A stretch of 64,000 nt of DNA from Phoronis australis (taxonomy: Eukaryota > Animalia > Phoronida), in NCBI GenBank assembly GCA_002633005.1, contig NMRA01000357.1, forward strand, positions 262,341 to 326,340, written 5' to 3'. Numbering within the stretch: position 1 is the stretch's first letter; each line of letters begins with the position of its first letter. The notes beneath the pieces were generated by a model. The model was not told where the DNA came from, ran no database searches, and worked only from the letters and a program-made list of their open reading frames with translations. Shown here in pieces: positions 1 through 11,860 of the stretch. Made by a program: the position numbers and the translations under genes.

Positions 1-153
1 CCCGCCTATGCACATTTATGCACTCCCAGGGTTTACAGCGAATGAACACAATTCTAGCATCAAAAATAATAAATAATGGTTATAATAATATAATTACTGA
101 TAATAATATAATGTTATTAATCATAACAAGAGTTATTGTTTATATTTGCGAAG

Positions 154-310
154 CTGGACCATCCTGTTCTCCCACCCGCGCGACTATACCCCTGTGTGTA
201 CCACCGAGCTGGGTCGCGCAGTGAAGTTGGTTCCAGAGTTTCAGAAAAGAGGCGTCAAGATGGCTGCCCTCTCGTGTGATGACGTGGATTCTCACAAGGG
301 TTGGGGGAAG
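154..310 (+). CDS. PRDX6: Peroxiredoxin-6 (1-Cys Prx), internal coding exon containing the active site; the first exon lies upstream of the window
   Basis: AAG acceptor and GTAAGC donor. Translates [52 protein letters not shown], with the PVCTTE peroxidatic motif of the Prx6 family. Confidence 0.95.
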
Positions 311-585
311 GTAAGCATTGTTTATCATTTGCGTAACATTTGTTGCACGTTCAACCAGTGCCGGGGTTTACGCCTCCGCCTTCGGTAATTGCTATTTCTA
401 TCAGATTCTTTTTCACAGAATTCTTCTAAAAAGCTTCAATATAATCTTATCGTTAAACAAAGTACTTTATGCCCAATTCACCTAAAACGCCTTCGCAAAA
501 GTATCGTTCGCATTTAGAAGTAGCGTCCGGACTCGTGTTTTGTCAAAAAGTGTGGCCTGATTGCAGTGAATGTTGGTTGTTGCAG

Positions 586-726
586 GATGTCTGCGCCTAT
601 GCCAGTCACGGCGGTGATATGCCCTACCCGATTATCGCCGACCCTGACCGTAAATTGGCCGTCCTTCTTGGCATGGTTGATCCGGATGAACGAACAGAGG
701 GAGGCATGCCTCTCACCTGTCGGGCG
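586..726 (+). CDS. PRDX6: Peroxiredoxin-6 coding exon
   Basis: TTGCAG acceptor, GTGAGT donor, 141 nt. DVCAYASHGGDMPYPIIADPDRKLAVLLGMVDPDERTEGGMPLTCRA has the YPIIAD and P.T.RA Prx6 motifs. Confidence 0.95.
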
Positions 727-1263
727 GTGAGTCTCCTCTACCTCAACATGACTAATTAGACTCAACTATAAATTAATAGTATGGAACAGATGACTACATT
801 TCTGGTCACCCAATCTTGTTAATTTGTGTTTAAAAGGTTATCTTACGGCTACAGATGATTGTAGATTGTGGAGTATCCCGAAAACCCATTCAAAACACAC
901 TGGTCATTTTTGTTGCCTCAGGTTTACCTTCAGAGGTGTTTCACGTATGCGCACGTGTGAACTTCAGTCACGTGGCCATTTTTTCTCCAGTTTAAGTTAA
1001 TTGCATGTGGTATGGCTGAAGTCCTCACGTGCGCAGATATGACACACGGACGAGGAGAAAATTAATATGAGGATGCGAAAAGGATTGCGACTTTCCATTA
1101 GGAGTTCATACCCGCCTGCTCACAGTGGTGAATTATGGGTGAAGTGCGCACTCCCCTATGATGGCCCATAACTTCAGTTTGTACATGCGCTAATCAAGTT
1201 GACGAGAAAGGGCGGTAATCCAACGAGATTTGTGGATCGTCGTAAAGTTTTCTTTTGTTACAG

Positions 1264-1337
1264 GTTTTCATCATTGGACCGGACAAAAAACTTAAACTTT
1301 CCATGCTGTATCCCGCCACTACTGGACGGAACTTCGA
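1264..1337 (+). CDS. PRDX6: Peroxiredoxin-6 coding exon
   Basis: TTACAG acceptor, GTGAGT donor. Translates VFIIGPDKKLKLSMLYPATTGRNF(D). Confidence 0.95.
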
Positions 1338-1615
1338 GTGAGTAAACGTTGAGATAAAGCACATCCGATTTCGTTGAGTTTTTCGTTCGTGTAGCCTGAA
1401 GTTGCAGGGGAAAATCGCTTCCAGTGACGTCACAGTCAGATTATTTTCTACGAGGTCGTGTAGGAAATCGAAGCTTATGGTCAAGACTTCACTCAGGGAA
1501 AAAGTGACTGCTTTCTCGCTTCAAAAGCCATGCTGAGCCAACTTTGAAAAGCGTTGTTTTGGAGCGCAAAAAGATCAGCCGGTGGCTTTGGAGGTGTTGA
1601 CTGCTGTTTCAGTCA

Positions 1616-3013
1616 TTTTTATGCGCCCACATATTTATATGTGGACGCATTATGCCGTCATCTCCGTCCGTCTGGGCGGCGTCCTGCGTCCGCTGCTCTA
1701 TCTGCAAAACCCTTTGACATACGTTCATGAAATTTGGCACATATGTTCCATTCATGAATGGACGGATCCGACTACCGGTGTGCCCCCTAGTGACAATTTT
1801 AGTTTTTTACGCTTACCTTTGTATGCTCAAAAGTCTTGAACCTATTAGTGAGATGACGCTATCCTCCTGTTTTCAGATGGATTCGACATAGTTTGCGCCA
1901 CCTAGTGGCCATTTTTACTGTTTTCGAGTCTGTATTTTTGCGTCCACCCTCTATCAACCAAACCCCTCAAAGGATGATTGTGAAAATTGGCATGTATGTG
2001 CTTACTATAAAGAAGACAGCTGACAATGATTTTCAGACATTTGGACTACTGTGGCGCCTCCTAGTGACAGTTTTGTTTTTTTTTGCCTATGGCTGTATCT
2101 CCTAAACCGTTCGCAGGAACTTTACGAAATTGTGTAAGTATATTTATATTATGTTAACGACGGAACATGACGACTTTTGGACAGATCCGACTACCGGTGT
2201 GCCCCTTAGTGTCAATTTTAGTTTTTTACGCTTACCTTTGTATCTTCAAAAGTCCTGAACTGATTTTCATGAAATTTGGTATGTAGGCACCTATTAGTGA
2301 GGTGACGCTATCCTCCCGTTTTCAGATGGATTTGACATAGTTTGCGTGCACCATTCTATCAACCAAACCGCTATAAGTATGATTGTGAAAATTGGCATGT
2401 ATGCTCTTACTATGAAGAGGACGGTTTGCGCTGAATTTTCCATCACTTTGATTACTGTGGCGCCTCCTAGTGGCAGTTTTTTTGCGCCCATGGCTGTATC
2501 TCCCAAACCGTTTGCAGGATCTTTACTAAATTTAGCAAATGTATTTATGTGATTTTGACAACGGACGATGACGACTTTAGGATGATTCTGACTACCGGTA
2601 TGCCTTTAGTGGCAATTTAAGTATTTTACATTGAGGTCTGTATTTTCATAGGTCTTCAGGTGTATACTTTGTGTTACTCCATGACTATGAAGGAAAAGTT
2701 CCAAGTAGAAATTTGTTTCTGGCATTCTAATGCTGTGCTAATCTCGTATGTTGGTAAATTTGTTTTTAATTCTTTGTTTCTGTGGTGCTTTAAGCAACTG
2801 ATGTATAGGATGTGCTTGTATTATGAAGATCACTCACATTTTGCCCCTAGCCTATTGAGGAGACAATGACCATGCCTTTCCATTTTGCAAAGTACAACAT
2901 ACTACATATATGCCCTCTACTGGCCACTTTATGGTACCAATAAACAGCCCTAGAAGGATACCGTATACGGTGCAATTGTGGGCGCATTTCAACGCTCTGC
3001 GTTGCTCTTGTTT
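1616..3013 (+). mobile_element. Helentron/HINE (DINE-1-like) non-autonomous element with internal tandem repeats, in a PRDX6 intron
   Basis: 5' end TTTTTATGCGCCCACATATTTATATGTGGACGCAT (hairpin) followed by a GTCC-type microrepeat. Internal repeated units (GATCCGACTACCGGTGTGCCCC...; GCGCCTCCTAGTG). 3' end GGGCGCATTTCAACGCTCTGCGTTGCTCTTGTTT with a CAACG/CGTTG stem. Confidence 0.65.
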
Positions 3014-4049
3014 GAAAGTATGTGAGGTATTCTGCCAATACCAAAACCTTCGGGGAGTGATTAGGACAGAGGAGAAATGCTCTCCTTTTCATTCAGTTTA
3101 CCAGAAAAACACAAATGTCCACTGCGGACAAGGTTCATGTACACACACGGCTCACGGACCGCCAAACTTAGTTGACGGACTCACAAACACGACTCACGGA
3201 TCACCAAACTCAATGCCTGATTCGCTAAACTCGTAACCGTATCTTTGGCCAAATGGGTGAACGTTACGCACGTAAATCACGTAGTTATTTAATGCTTGTT
3301 ACACGCGTGTACAAATAATCACATTACACCACAAACAATTACTTTATGCCTCTAAATAATTACTTTAGGCTTCTTACAAGAATTGGGTTTACGCGCGTAA
3401 TTCATTTCGCTAACGATATGCCTGAATTCACGAGCACAACTGACAACCGACCAACTCTGTATTGAATACGAGTCCGTGAACCAAACTTCAGTGGACCTGA
3501 TTGATTTTTGAGTTCTTAAAGCTGTGTTTTGTGAATCCACGTCCGGTGAGACGTCGTTAATCGGTGAGTTATCTTTGGGGTCGAGAAGTGAAGAACTACA
3601 CGTATGCTTTACGACTGGGACATATGTACTGTTCCTGTAGTTTGTAAATGGTACATGTACCAAGGTGGTCCATAGGTCATATCACAAAGCAACGACATGT
3701 GTATTCAACCTTTTAACGGTGTATTGCATTTTCGTATCAGTTGCTATGGCTTGGACGGAAATGTTTAACAAACTTTATGTTTCAATTGCCCTGACGTCTT
3801 GCGAACATGAGTCCGTGTGTGCTTGTACTTTGTTTGTGAAACGCATGACCTGATTTTGCAAATCTATCCTATTTGTTCAAACAGTCTGTTAGATATCAAG
3901 GCCCCTGTTGATAACAGAAATTCAAGAATTCAGGCTACATCAGAGGCTTTAGATTATCCCGCATCAATATGTCTACCGAAAAAGATTTTGGTATAATGCA
4001 CCTATGTCCGTCTTTTGACTGGGGGTAAGGTTTAATTATTTGTTTTCAG

Positions 4050-4122
4050 TGAAATACTGAGGGTGATCGATTCTCTTCAGCTGACGGCTGTTAAGAAGGT
4101 GGCGACCCCTGTTGACTGGAAG
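4050..4122 (+). CDS. PRDX6: Peroxiredoxin-6 coding exon
   Basis: TTTCAG acceptor, GTGAGT donor. Translates EILRVIDSLQLTAVKKVATPVDWK; phase is compatible with the previous exon (GA+T = Asp). Confidence 0.95.
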
Positions 4123-4134
4123 GTGAGTTATTGA

Positions 4135-4824
4135 TTTTTATGCGCCCACATATTTATATGTGGGCGCATAAAAGACAGAGGGCAGAGTGTCGGACTGACC
4201 CGAATACCGCTGTGCCCCCTAGTGGCAATTTTAGTTTTTTACGTGTGTCTCTGTGTCTTCAAAAGTCCTCAACCGATTTTCATGAAATTTGCCACTCAGA
4301 CATCAATTAATGAGTTGACGCTATCCTCAAGTTTTCTGATGGATTCAAGGCGTTTTGCGCCATCTTGTGGCCAATTTTACTATTTTCAAGGCCGTTTTTT
4401 TGGCGTCCACCTCTCCATCAACCGAACCAGTCTAAGGATGATTTTGAAAAATTGTAGCGCCGCCTAGTGGCAGGTTTTTGCGCCCTTAGCTATATCTCCT
4501 AAGCCCTCTTCCGATTGATTATTAAATTTAGTAAGTGTATTTACATGATGTTGACAACGGAAAACGGCATTTTCAGACGGATTCTATGAACCTTTGTCCC
4601 CTATTGGCAATTTCATTTTTCCATTTTGATAAAGTTTCTTGACCGATTTTCATGGAATGTGGTAAATAGCGTTCTGTTAAAAAAAGTTACGTTTTCCAGT
4701 TTTTTGATGGATTCGAAATATTTTGCACTATTTAGTGGCCATTTTTATGACACAAACACCCAAAAAGCACACTGTTTGCATTGCATTCGTGGGCGCATTT
4801 CAACGCTCCCCGTTGCTCTTGTTT
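4135..4824 (+). mobile_element. Second copy of the same Helentron/HINE-like element
   Basis: Same 5' hairpin (ATGCGCCCACATATTTATATGTGGGCGCAT) and same 3' end (GGGCGCATTTCAACGCTCCCCGTTGCTCTTGTTT) as 1616-3013. Confidence 0.65.
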
Positions 4825-5467
4825 ATTTTGCAATAGTAGTACTTCAAAGAAATGTAGAACACACTTGTGGCAGCATGGAGAGAAGGCTGCGCCACAACAA
4901 CACGTTTAATTAAGGCTGTACTGTTTTGCATTGAGGAGGTGAAGTTCGTGTTTGAGTTATTGTTTTGATCTAACAGATTTCTCTGTGTGTAATGGTCGTT
5001 AACGGCTTCGTTTGTTTTTTCGTGCTTAAAATTAGTTACTGAAACTGTGATAGTTGTTACTGAAGTTTTGAAATTGTCGATATTACCGGGCATTTCATTC
5101 ATTGACCTTGCCTGACTAATTATGCAGGGATGCTGTGGCGAAAGAAAGGTTCGGTACTAAGATTCGGCGCTTGCTCTGTTGAAAATTGCACGATATTTGC
5201 GTGGTGACAAGTCTTTTCTCAAATCAATCAACATTCCAGCATCGCCCACCAATCATTTCAAATTGCGAATACGTTGTCAGTCCACGCCACAAACCCGTCA
5301 CGAAATTTATGGAGACAGACATAATCAGGTGGTGAACAGGTTGGTAAGAATATGTTTGCATTTTGCAACTCTCGTACCTGCCACAGAACAGGTGTTATCA
5401 GTCTCCCCTGTGAACCCGTGGTTTGCGAAGTGCGTTTAATGCTAACTTGTTCTCTTAAATATTGCAG

Positions 5468-5596
5468 CCAGGTCAAGAGGCCATGGTGGTTCCTACCGTA
5501 AAGCCCGAGGAGGTTTCCACCTTGTTTCCGAAGGGCGTGCGAGAGCAGAAAGTGCCGTCCGGCAAGGGCTATCTGCGCTTTACAACCGATTACTAA
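5468..5596 (+). CDS. PRDX6: Peroxiredoxin-6 last coding exon
   Basis: TTGCAG acceptor. PGQEAMVVPTVKPEEVSTLFPKGVREQKVPSGKGYLRFTTDY then TAA; the PSGK.YLR C-terminal motif is typical of Prx6. Confidence 0.93.
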   Translation, partial: PGQEAMVVPTVKPEEVSTLFPKGVREQKVPSGKGYLRFTTDY

Positions 5597-5818
5597 ATGA
5601 CCGGTTAAATTTTGTATGAGCGACGAATTAGCTGTAAACAGACTAGCTTAGTCGAAAAAGAGTATCTGTGATTATCACTTCAGCCAACAATAGTGTGCAT
5701 GCAAATGTTTTCTGCACTGCTATCGGGGGAACGTCTCGGTATGTTTAAATGCAGTCACACTGTGTTATGCTCGTTCTAGATTTGTCTGTCTGTTGTCACA
5801 ATTTCCCTGAACCTGGCA

Positions 5819-5824
5819 AATAAA
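5819..5824 (+). terminator. Probable polyadenylation signal of PRDX6
   Basis: AATAAA about 220 nt after the stop codon, followed by GT-rich sequence. Confidence 0.6.
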
Positions 5825-7410
5825 AAACGGAACTTGTATGTATTGTTTATCCACATCCCAGGTGGGTCAGAAGTTTAAAGTCGGGTCACGCTGTGTGTGT
5901 GCGTGCGTGCGCGCGTGCATGCGCGCGTGCGTGCATGTGTGTAAATCATGAGTTACGTGTGCAAGTAGGAATTAGTGTATGGGGTCGAAAAAGTCAAAAC
6001 AGCATAACTAGCAAATGACTAGAGAAAATTTGAATGTTCTGTTTTACACTTCTCAAGTCTCGTCAGGGAGAAATTAGACACTAGCAGGTTTCGATAACAT
6101 GTGCACGGGATACGTGTACGTCAGCTAATCACATTACACATAGGCGGATTTAGGAGGGGGGGGGGGCAGGGGGCCCGGCACTTACCCCTTGGCTGCCGGG
6201 AAAAATAAAACGGCTAGAGCCTGAGGGAATATTGAGTTTATTATACAACTCCGGTAATTAACATGCGGCTGAAACGAAACTTAACAATGAATCAGGTCAC
6301 GCAATCGGTTTCCCGCTTATGTTTTTAGTCGTCCACATCCTCAGAAATCCGGGCCTTCCTATATTTTAGAGTGGGTGCGCCCATACAATCATTTGTTTTG
6401 CAATTCCCGAAACAAAATATTGGGGCTCCCCTTATGATATCCTAAGTCTACCACTGTTGCATGCTTTTGAAAATTGGTGATTCTGGCTACACGTGCTGTC
6501 GCGTACGTGAGGTAGCGTTTTTTCGCTCTTAGTAGGTCACAACGCTCTACGTTATCGCGATGACTGCTCGCACGGTTGTTCACAACGCGGAAACTGCTGT
6601 CTGCACGTAAGTAATCTACAAAAGTTTCAATCGTAAAAAGACGTTAAATTTCTGCAACGCTTTGTTGTTCCTACATGTAGACAGTTTAACCACCTAGGAG
6701 ATAGAGCAGATCATCACATTTGTCGTAGTTGGTTAACTAATTGAAATACGGTCCTTATTCTAAGGTCAGTTATACATTGATGATTTTTCTCTGGAGGTCC
6801 TTAAAATTGTTTGGTGTTTGTAATAACAGTTAAGAGAAACACATTGACATAAAAAATTGTGACAACGATCTTATTGGAACATGAGAATTTTGTTACCAAG
6901 CACATAAAGCTGTTGCTTTTTGTGTGTTTGTCCAATTTGCTTTCGTTTGGGAACAAGGGAGAAACTGTTCCACAGTTTGCAAATTTGGCTATTTTTCGAA
7001 GGTCTTGCATAACCATAAAGAGTTACTTCGCTGAGCGATACGGCGTGCCCTGATGTCGGTGTTGACAGTGCAGGCAATACATTAAAGGCGAAGGCAACCT
7101 TTTCCATGTCATTTTGAGCTAAAATAAGGTTATCCTAGACATATTTTCCACTTAATTACAGCTTTTCCTAATTTTATAAATTACTCGTCCGCTACTCCGG
7201 AAGTGACGTTTTGGGAGGCAAGCGTTTCCCGCCACTTGGTTTTGCGTTGACTTTACCGTGCGAATCTGTTCTATTCTACTTTTGTTTTGTGCTGTTTTTC
7301 AACAATTGTCGCCACCACTTTCCATGGGCGAGAATTCTGCGGCAAGATAGGTTAGTAGAGAACTCAACTACGTTGGATTTAGGGATTGTTTAGTGTGTTG
7401 GAAGCTGAAA

Positions 7411-7662
7411 ATGGCTGGAGTCGGTGACCCGTATCACAGTGACAGTAGTGTGAGTGACGGAGACCTTGTTCACAGCAGTGGTGACGAGGAAGTTTTTCAC
7501 GGACATTCAGTGGGTGGGTACATGTTTGAGGCAGAGTACGCACAGGCACAGGCAGCTCAGAGAAACGAGGCGGCTACTGAGGACAGACGTGGTGACACAT
7601 CTTGGTGCAAATGCACTGTGTGCGTTGTTATGCCTACCTCAATGGAATGCTTGTGCTGTTCA
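7411..7662 (+). CDS. KolX-like protein N-terminus (Cys-rich, P2X7 C-terminal-domain-like), cut by the gap
   Basis: ATG at 7411, acidic N-terminus, GYMFE motif and WCKCTVCVVMPTSMECLCC, a pattern typical of the Kolobok accessory protein. Confidence 0.75.
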
Positions 7663-8038
7663 NNNNNNNNNNNNNNNNNNNNNNNNNNNNNNNNNNNNNN
7701 NNNNNNNNNNNNNNNNNNNNNNNNNNNNNNNNNNNNNNNNNNNNNNNNNNNNNNNNNNNNNNNNNNNNNNNNNNNNNNNNNNNNNNNNNNNNNNNNNNNN
7801 NNNNNNNNNNNNNNNNNNNNNNNNNNNNNNNNNNNNNNNNNNNNNNNNNNNNNNNNNNNNNNNNNNNNNNNNNNNNNNNNNNNNNNNNNNNNNNNNNNNN
7901 NNNNNNNNNNNNNNNNNNNNNNNNNNNNNNNNNNNNNNNNNNNNNNNNNNNNNNNNNNNNNNNNNNNNNNNNNNNNNNNNNNNNNNNNNNNNNNNNNNNN
8001 NNNNNNNNNNNNNNNNNNNNNNNNNNNNNNNNNNNNNN
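7663..8038. other. Assembly gap (run of N)
   Basis: Run of N characters. Confidence 0.99.
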
Positions 8039-8736
8039 TTCCCCAAACTGCTTACATCGTGTCGTGTGACTCCCTCGCCACACACCTGGCACCTTCTAAA
8101 TAGCTCCAACACTTTAGACAAGTCCACAATAAACTTATCAAAGTTTGGCTCACCGATCTGTTCACTGGACGACGAACTGTACTCTTCACTGGGTGTCGAA
8201 CAGAGCCTGTAATCACTCCCACTACTCAATTTCGCTGCAGGGCTGCTTAGAGGCTCTGGGCTGGAGAAAACAGCACAGGGCGAATCACTACTGGTTCTAG
8301 GAATTGCACGCTCTGGGGTAGGTTCGGAGGCACGGGTGACAGTAGATGAAGTGCCTCCACTGGCTCCAGTCACTGTACTGGGCCCAGCTCGTGAGGCTTC
8401 TCGCTTCAAAAACGCTCTTCTCTTGGGTGGCGACGGGGCACTGCCGGGAATCAACACAGACGGAATGGCATCCTTCTTCAGACGTTGTTTCGCAGGGACC
8501 TTCATCAGTTCAGCGTACAAATCCCTTTCGAAATCGGACGGCAGAAAGTGCTTGCCACACACACGGTAATTCTTCACTGCTTTGTACGTTGCGTGGATGG
8601 GTAACGCTGCGTTCTTCACACGAACGAGCCAAGTACGGCGAAGTGTGTCATCCATCGGAAAGCGATGCAAAGGTACTCCCAAAGCGCGCATGAGCCGATA
8701 ATTAGTACATCCTGGTACGCAGCAACAGTGTGGCAT
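8039..8736 (-). CDS. THAP-domain transposase N-terminal half, cut by the gap
   Basis: C2CH THAP finger CCVPGC...LHRFP...W...RVCGKHF...LKKDAIPS, then a Ser/Pro linker, then KFIVDLSKVLELFRRCQVCG. The catalytic DDE region is not visible because of the gap. Confidence 0.85.
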
Positions 8737-9459
8737 GTTGACTCACTAGTAAATGAAAGCAAACGACGACGGAACTTAACACAACCGAGGTAGAACAATG
8801 ATTTACCCGCAGCTCTCACAGTCAGACTATATGAAAAGAAATTGGCGCGAAATGCTTGCCTCCTAAAACGTCACTTTCGGAGTAGCGGACGAGTAATTAA
8901 TAAAATTACGAAAAGTTGTAATTAAGTGGAAAATATGTGTAGGGTAACCAACCAACCTTATGGAAAAAGGTTGCCTTCGCCTTTAAATCATCGATACATA
9001 CACGTGTATGGCCTTGGGCTAGTGAAAATCCCAGATATTTTAAATTCCGTTGGGAAAGACTAAGATCCGATTTGGAGGGAAATGTTTCTCTAGATTAACT
9101 CTGAACATGATAGCTTCGTGTGGAAATGAGTGTGCTTACGTCATGTGACGTCAATCAATTGTCACCTACTTGAAATAGGCAGCACAAGACATCTTGCTTA
9201 GACATCTTGAATTTTTAATTCTGTCTTCACGACTTCATATGAAGACCCTCAGTTTGTGCCTCGGTAAGTTCATCACTAATGCAATTGTTAACCATATGTT
9301 TGAACTTTGTCATTTTTTCAACCATTGATTGGGAATTTTACCATTTGACAATACAATATATGGTGGTTGCAAATCATGAAACACACAAACAGAGAGTGTC
9401 AACATGACAACCAGCACACGTAACAACAACACTGGCAATATATCAAGTTACTTTAAGTT

Positions 9460-10020
9460 AGTTACGCATTCTTTATCTTCGAAAACACTGCTATTAATTT
9501 TCCATAGTCCAAGCCCTTTAAGAGAAGAAGGAAGTTTGACTACCGATGATCCGAAAAGTTACAATCGCTTTAAATGGAACAATTCAGGTGATCTCTGATC
9601 AGAAGTTCTTTGAAACCAACCAGTAGTCAATTTTGCTTTGTAATCTGTAGGAACTGTTATGCCATGTATACCGTTTATTGCCTGGATTCTGGAAGCTGGA
9701 AACGTCAAATAGATGGATGGTCTCTGCAAAACCTTTAATCTTGTAAATGACCGCTTGTTTATCTTCAATATCTCTTATACCTTGTTTATGAATTTTCCTA
9801 ATTAGCAATTAAAATCGCCACCACAAAAAATATCGTTATTTACCTATCTGTGAAAAATATTATTAGACTTCACCAAAAGCATTTGTCGAGATCTATTTTC
9901 ATTTGAAAAATAAACGTCTATGAAAATATAATTAAGACCATCCACATCTGCGTCAATGCAGAAATGTCGACCATTAGAATCTTCGGTACATCTGTTAACT
10001 GTAACATCCGCTGGTTACTG
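9460..10020 (-). pseudogene. Decayed L1/Tx1-type LINE AP-endonuclease fragment
   Basis: Minus-strand motifs in shifting frames: IFCGGDFN, RYTW...QSKIDYWLVS, SDH, GLWKINSSVF. Confidence 0.75.
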
Positions 10021-10274
10021 TCGGGGCAATCTCCTTCCTTTGTGTGTGCAGCTACAGGTGTATGTAGTAAAACACCGAGAGACATGACAAACAAACAAAT
10101 TACAACACTAGACTGCATGTCACACCATCAGGCAATAAGTGGAATGCACACCTGTATTAGTAGGGAAATGAATAATGAAATACACGTGGCAGCGGGAAGG
10201 GGGGTGGGGGGCATACATGTACAACCAGAGAGTGTGAATACAACACACGGTACATACTACATGCATCCTCAAAA

Positions 10275-11025
10275 AGACATTTTCGTTCGATTTGAATTAG
10301 ATTTTTGCCTGATTTTGTTGCGGACATTATTTGGACAATTGACCTATTGATGACGACCCAGATTAAAACAAGCTAGGCCTAAAATAATCGCCTGATCACC
10401 GTACGTCGGAATTTTCATTGGTAAATCTTTGCTGATAGTTATGTTTTTTAGATCAGAAAAACTGTTTTTTTCAGGAACGACGCCTTAGATCGATGCTTTA
10501 GGTAGCCAAATGAACGAGTGCAATCAAATTTGCCATCGCACACGTGACTTAACTTCACCAGGAAGCTGCACACCAACAGTGTAATACGGCCTATACAATT
10601 GTATAAGGAGTTGCTCTACTGTATTCACACACACACATGGGAAATGTTTTATTCCTGTATGGGTGATTGTGGCCATGGAAATATAGGTATGGGATACTAG
10701 AAATTAGACCCAATCCGTGGTTGAGTTATATTCCACGGTTGATGTACAGCCTTGTGCGGGCCGGAGGGTGAATTTGCGTGTGCAACGGCAAATTTGATGG
10801 GTTTCGTTCACTTGACGTCATGCAAGACATTGTTCATAAAAAGCAATTTTAATGCTTTAAAGACTATAAAATTTCAGTAAAGATTTACTCGTGAAAATTC
10901 CGATGAACGGTGATGAGGCCGCTATTTTTATTTGGGTTATCAACAATTTAATTTCCCTATTGTCTACATAACGTATCCAACAAAATCGGGCAAATGTACA
11001 ATTCACGTGGAACGAAAACATCTTC
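10275..11025. mobile_element. Foldback MITE (long degenerate inverted repeat)
   Basis: TTTTCGTTC...GATTTTGTTG at about 10280-10320 is the reverse complement of CAACAAAATC...GAACGAAAA at about 10978-11018. GCCTGATCACCGTACGTCGGAATTTTCA pairs with TGAAAATTCCGATGAACGGTGATGAGGC. Confidence 0.7.
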
Positions 11026-11812
11026 TTAAGATACTTTTGTCATATTTACACTGTCCAGTACTTCAGGAAGTTTTTACCTAATATAGAATACATCTATTAG
11101 TTTTCTGCTCATTGGGTTCTTTGACTCTCAACATCCGCGAATCTGCCTCCTTGCTTAACACAATTTCCGATAGCTTTTTCCGGTGCCGTGATCAGCGGAG
11201 TAAATTTTCCTATCGCTACAGTGTATTCCCATTCTAGAAAACAAAAACGAGAAATTCATCGAAGCTAAAACGACAGACCATTGGATAACTGTTTAGTTAA
11301 ATATTCCTTGATGTGTATACAGTTTCCAAGGAGGGTTTATTAATGTCATTGAATAGCTCACTTTGCATTTAACAAAATAATTTTTTTATCAATTTATTAC
11401 CTAATAAAACATTACTACTTATTCAGCATCACGACTTAGTTGTAGAGAATTTTGTCGCTTTACCAACGCGGGTACGATTAGTATACATGTACAGTGTACA
11501 CATGACTCCGTATAACACGCCAAAACGTGTATCGTTTCTACGCAAACACATTCATGGGGTAAATAGGTTATCCCACATACATACATTCGAAGTAGTACTG
11601 CGATATTCTGTCTCGAATTCCTGTCATTTTTATGTCCGATCTTGGCCTTCGGTGTCGTTGGGACACTTCAAGGTTAAATGAATTCTCTATAGGATATGCC
11701 AGTACTATGTAGGCGGGACAACCTATATACCTGCAAATTTTAAGTTGTTAAAACCCACTTGAAAGTGCTCAAAAGTCACATTGTTTGAAATTATAGCGTG
11801 GTCTGCTTTTAG

Positions 11813-11860
11813 TTTTAGTGGTGGCTTTGTGTGGACTTCATCGTTACTTCGCGTCAACAG
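11813..11860 (+). CDS. Gene A signal-peptide exon (48 nt, phase 1-1)
   Basis: CTGCTTTTAG acceptor, ACAG|GTTCGT donor. Translates (V)LVVALCGLHRYFAST(D). Same length and phase as the paralogous exon at 50824-50871. Confidence 0.6.

Larger units (their letters stand above)
7086..8982. mobile_element. Kolobok-superfamily DNA transposon (middle lost in the assembly gap)
   Basis: TTAA at 7082-7085 and 8983-8986 flank AGGCGAAGGCAACCTTTTCCAT...ATGGAAAAAGGTTGCCTTCGCCT. Inverted similarity extends about 150 bp (e.g. AATTACTCGTCCGCTACTCCG / CGGAGTAGCGGACGAGTAATT). Two convergent ORFs lie inside. Confidence 0.88.

Noticed and set aside
7393-8212. Long ORFs of 150-250 aa crossing the N run
   Set aside because: They are inflated by X residues. 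Only 7411-7662 (+) and 8039-8736 (-) have recognisable protein motifs.
11597-11672. Alternative signal-peptide exon (AIFCLEFLSFLCPILAFGVVGTLQ)
   Set aside because: No ATG in A, and the B homolog is frameshifted and lacks the GT donor. The 48-nt exon at 11813 is better conserved.
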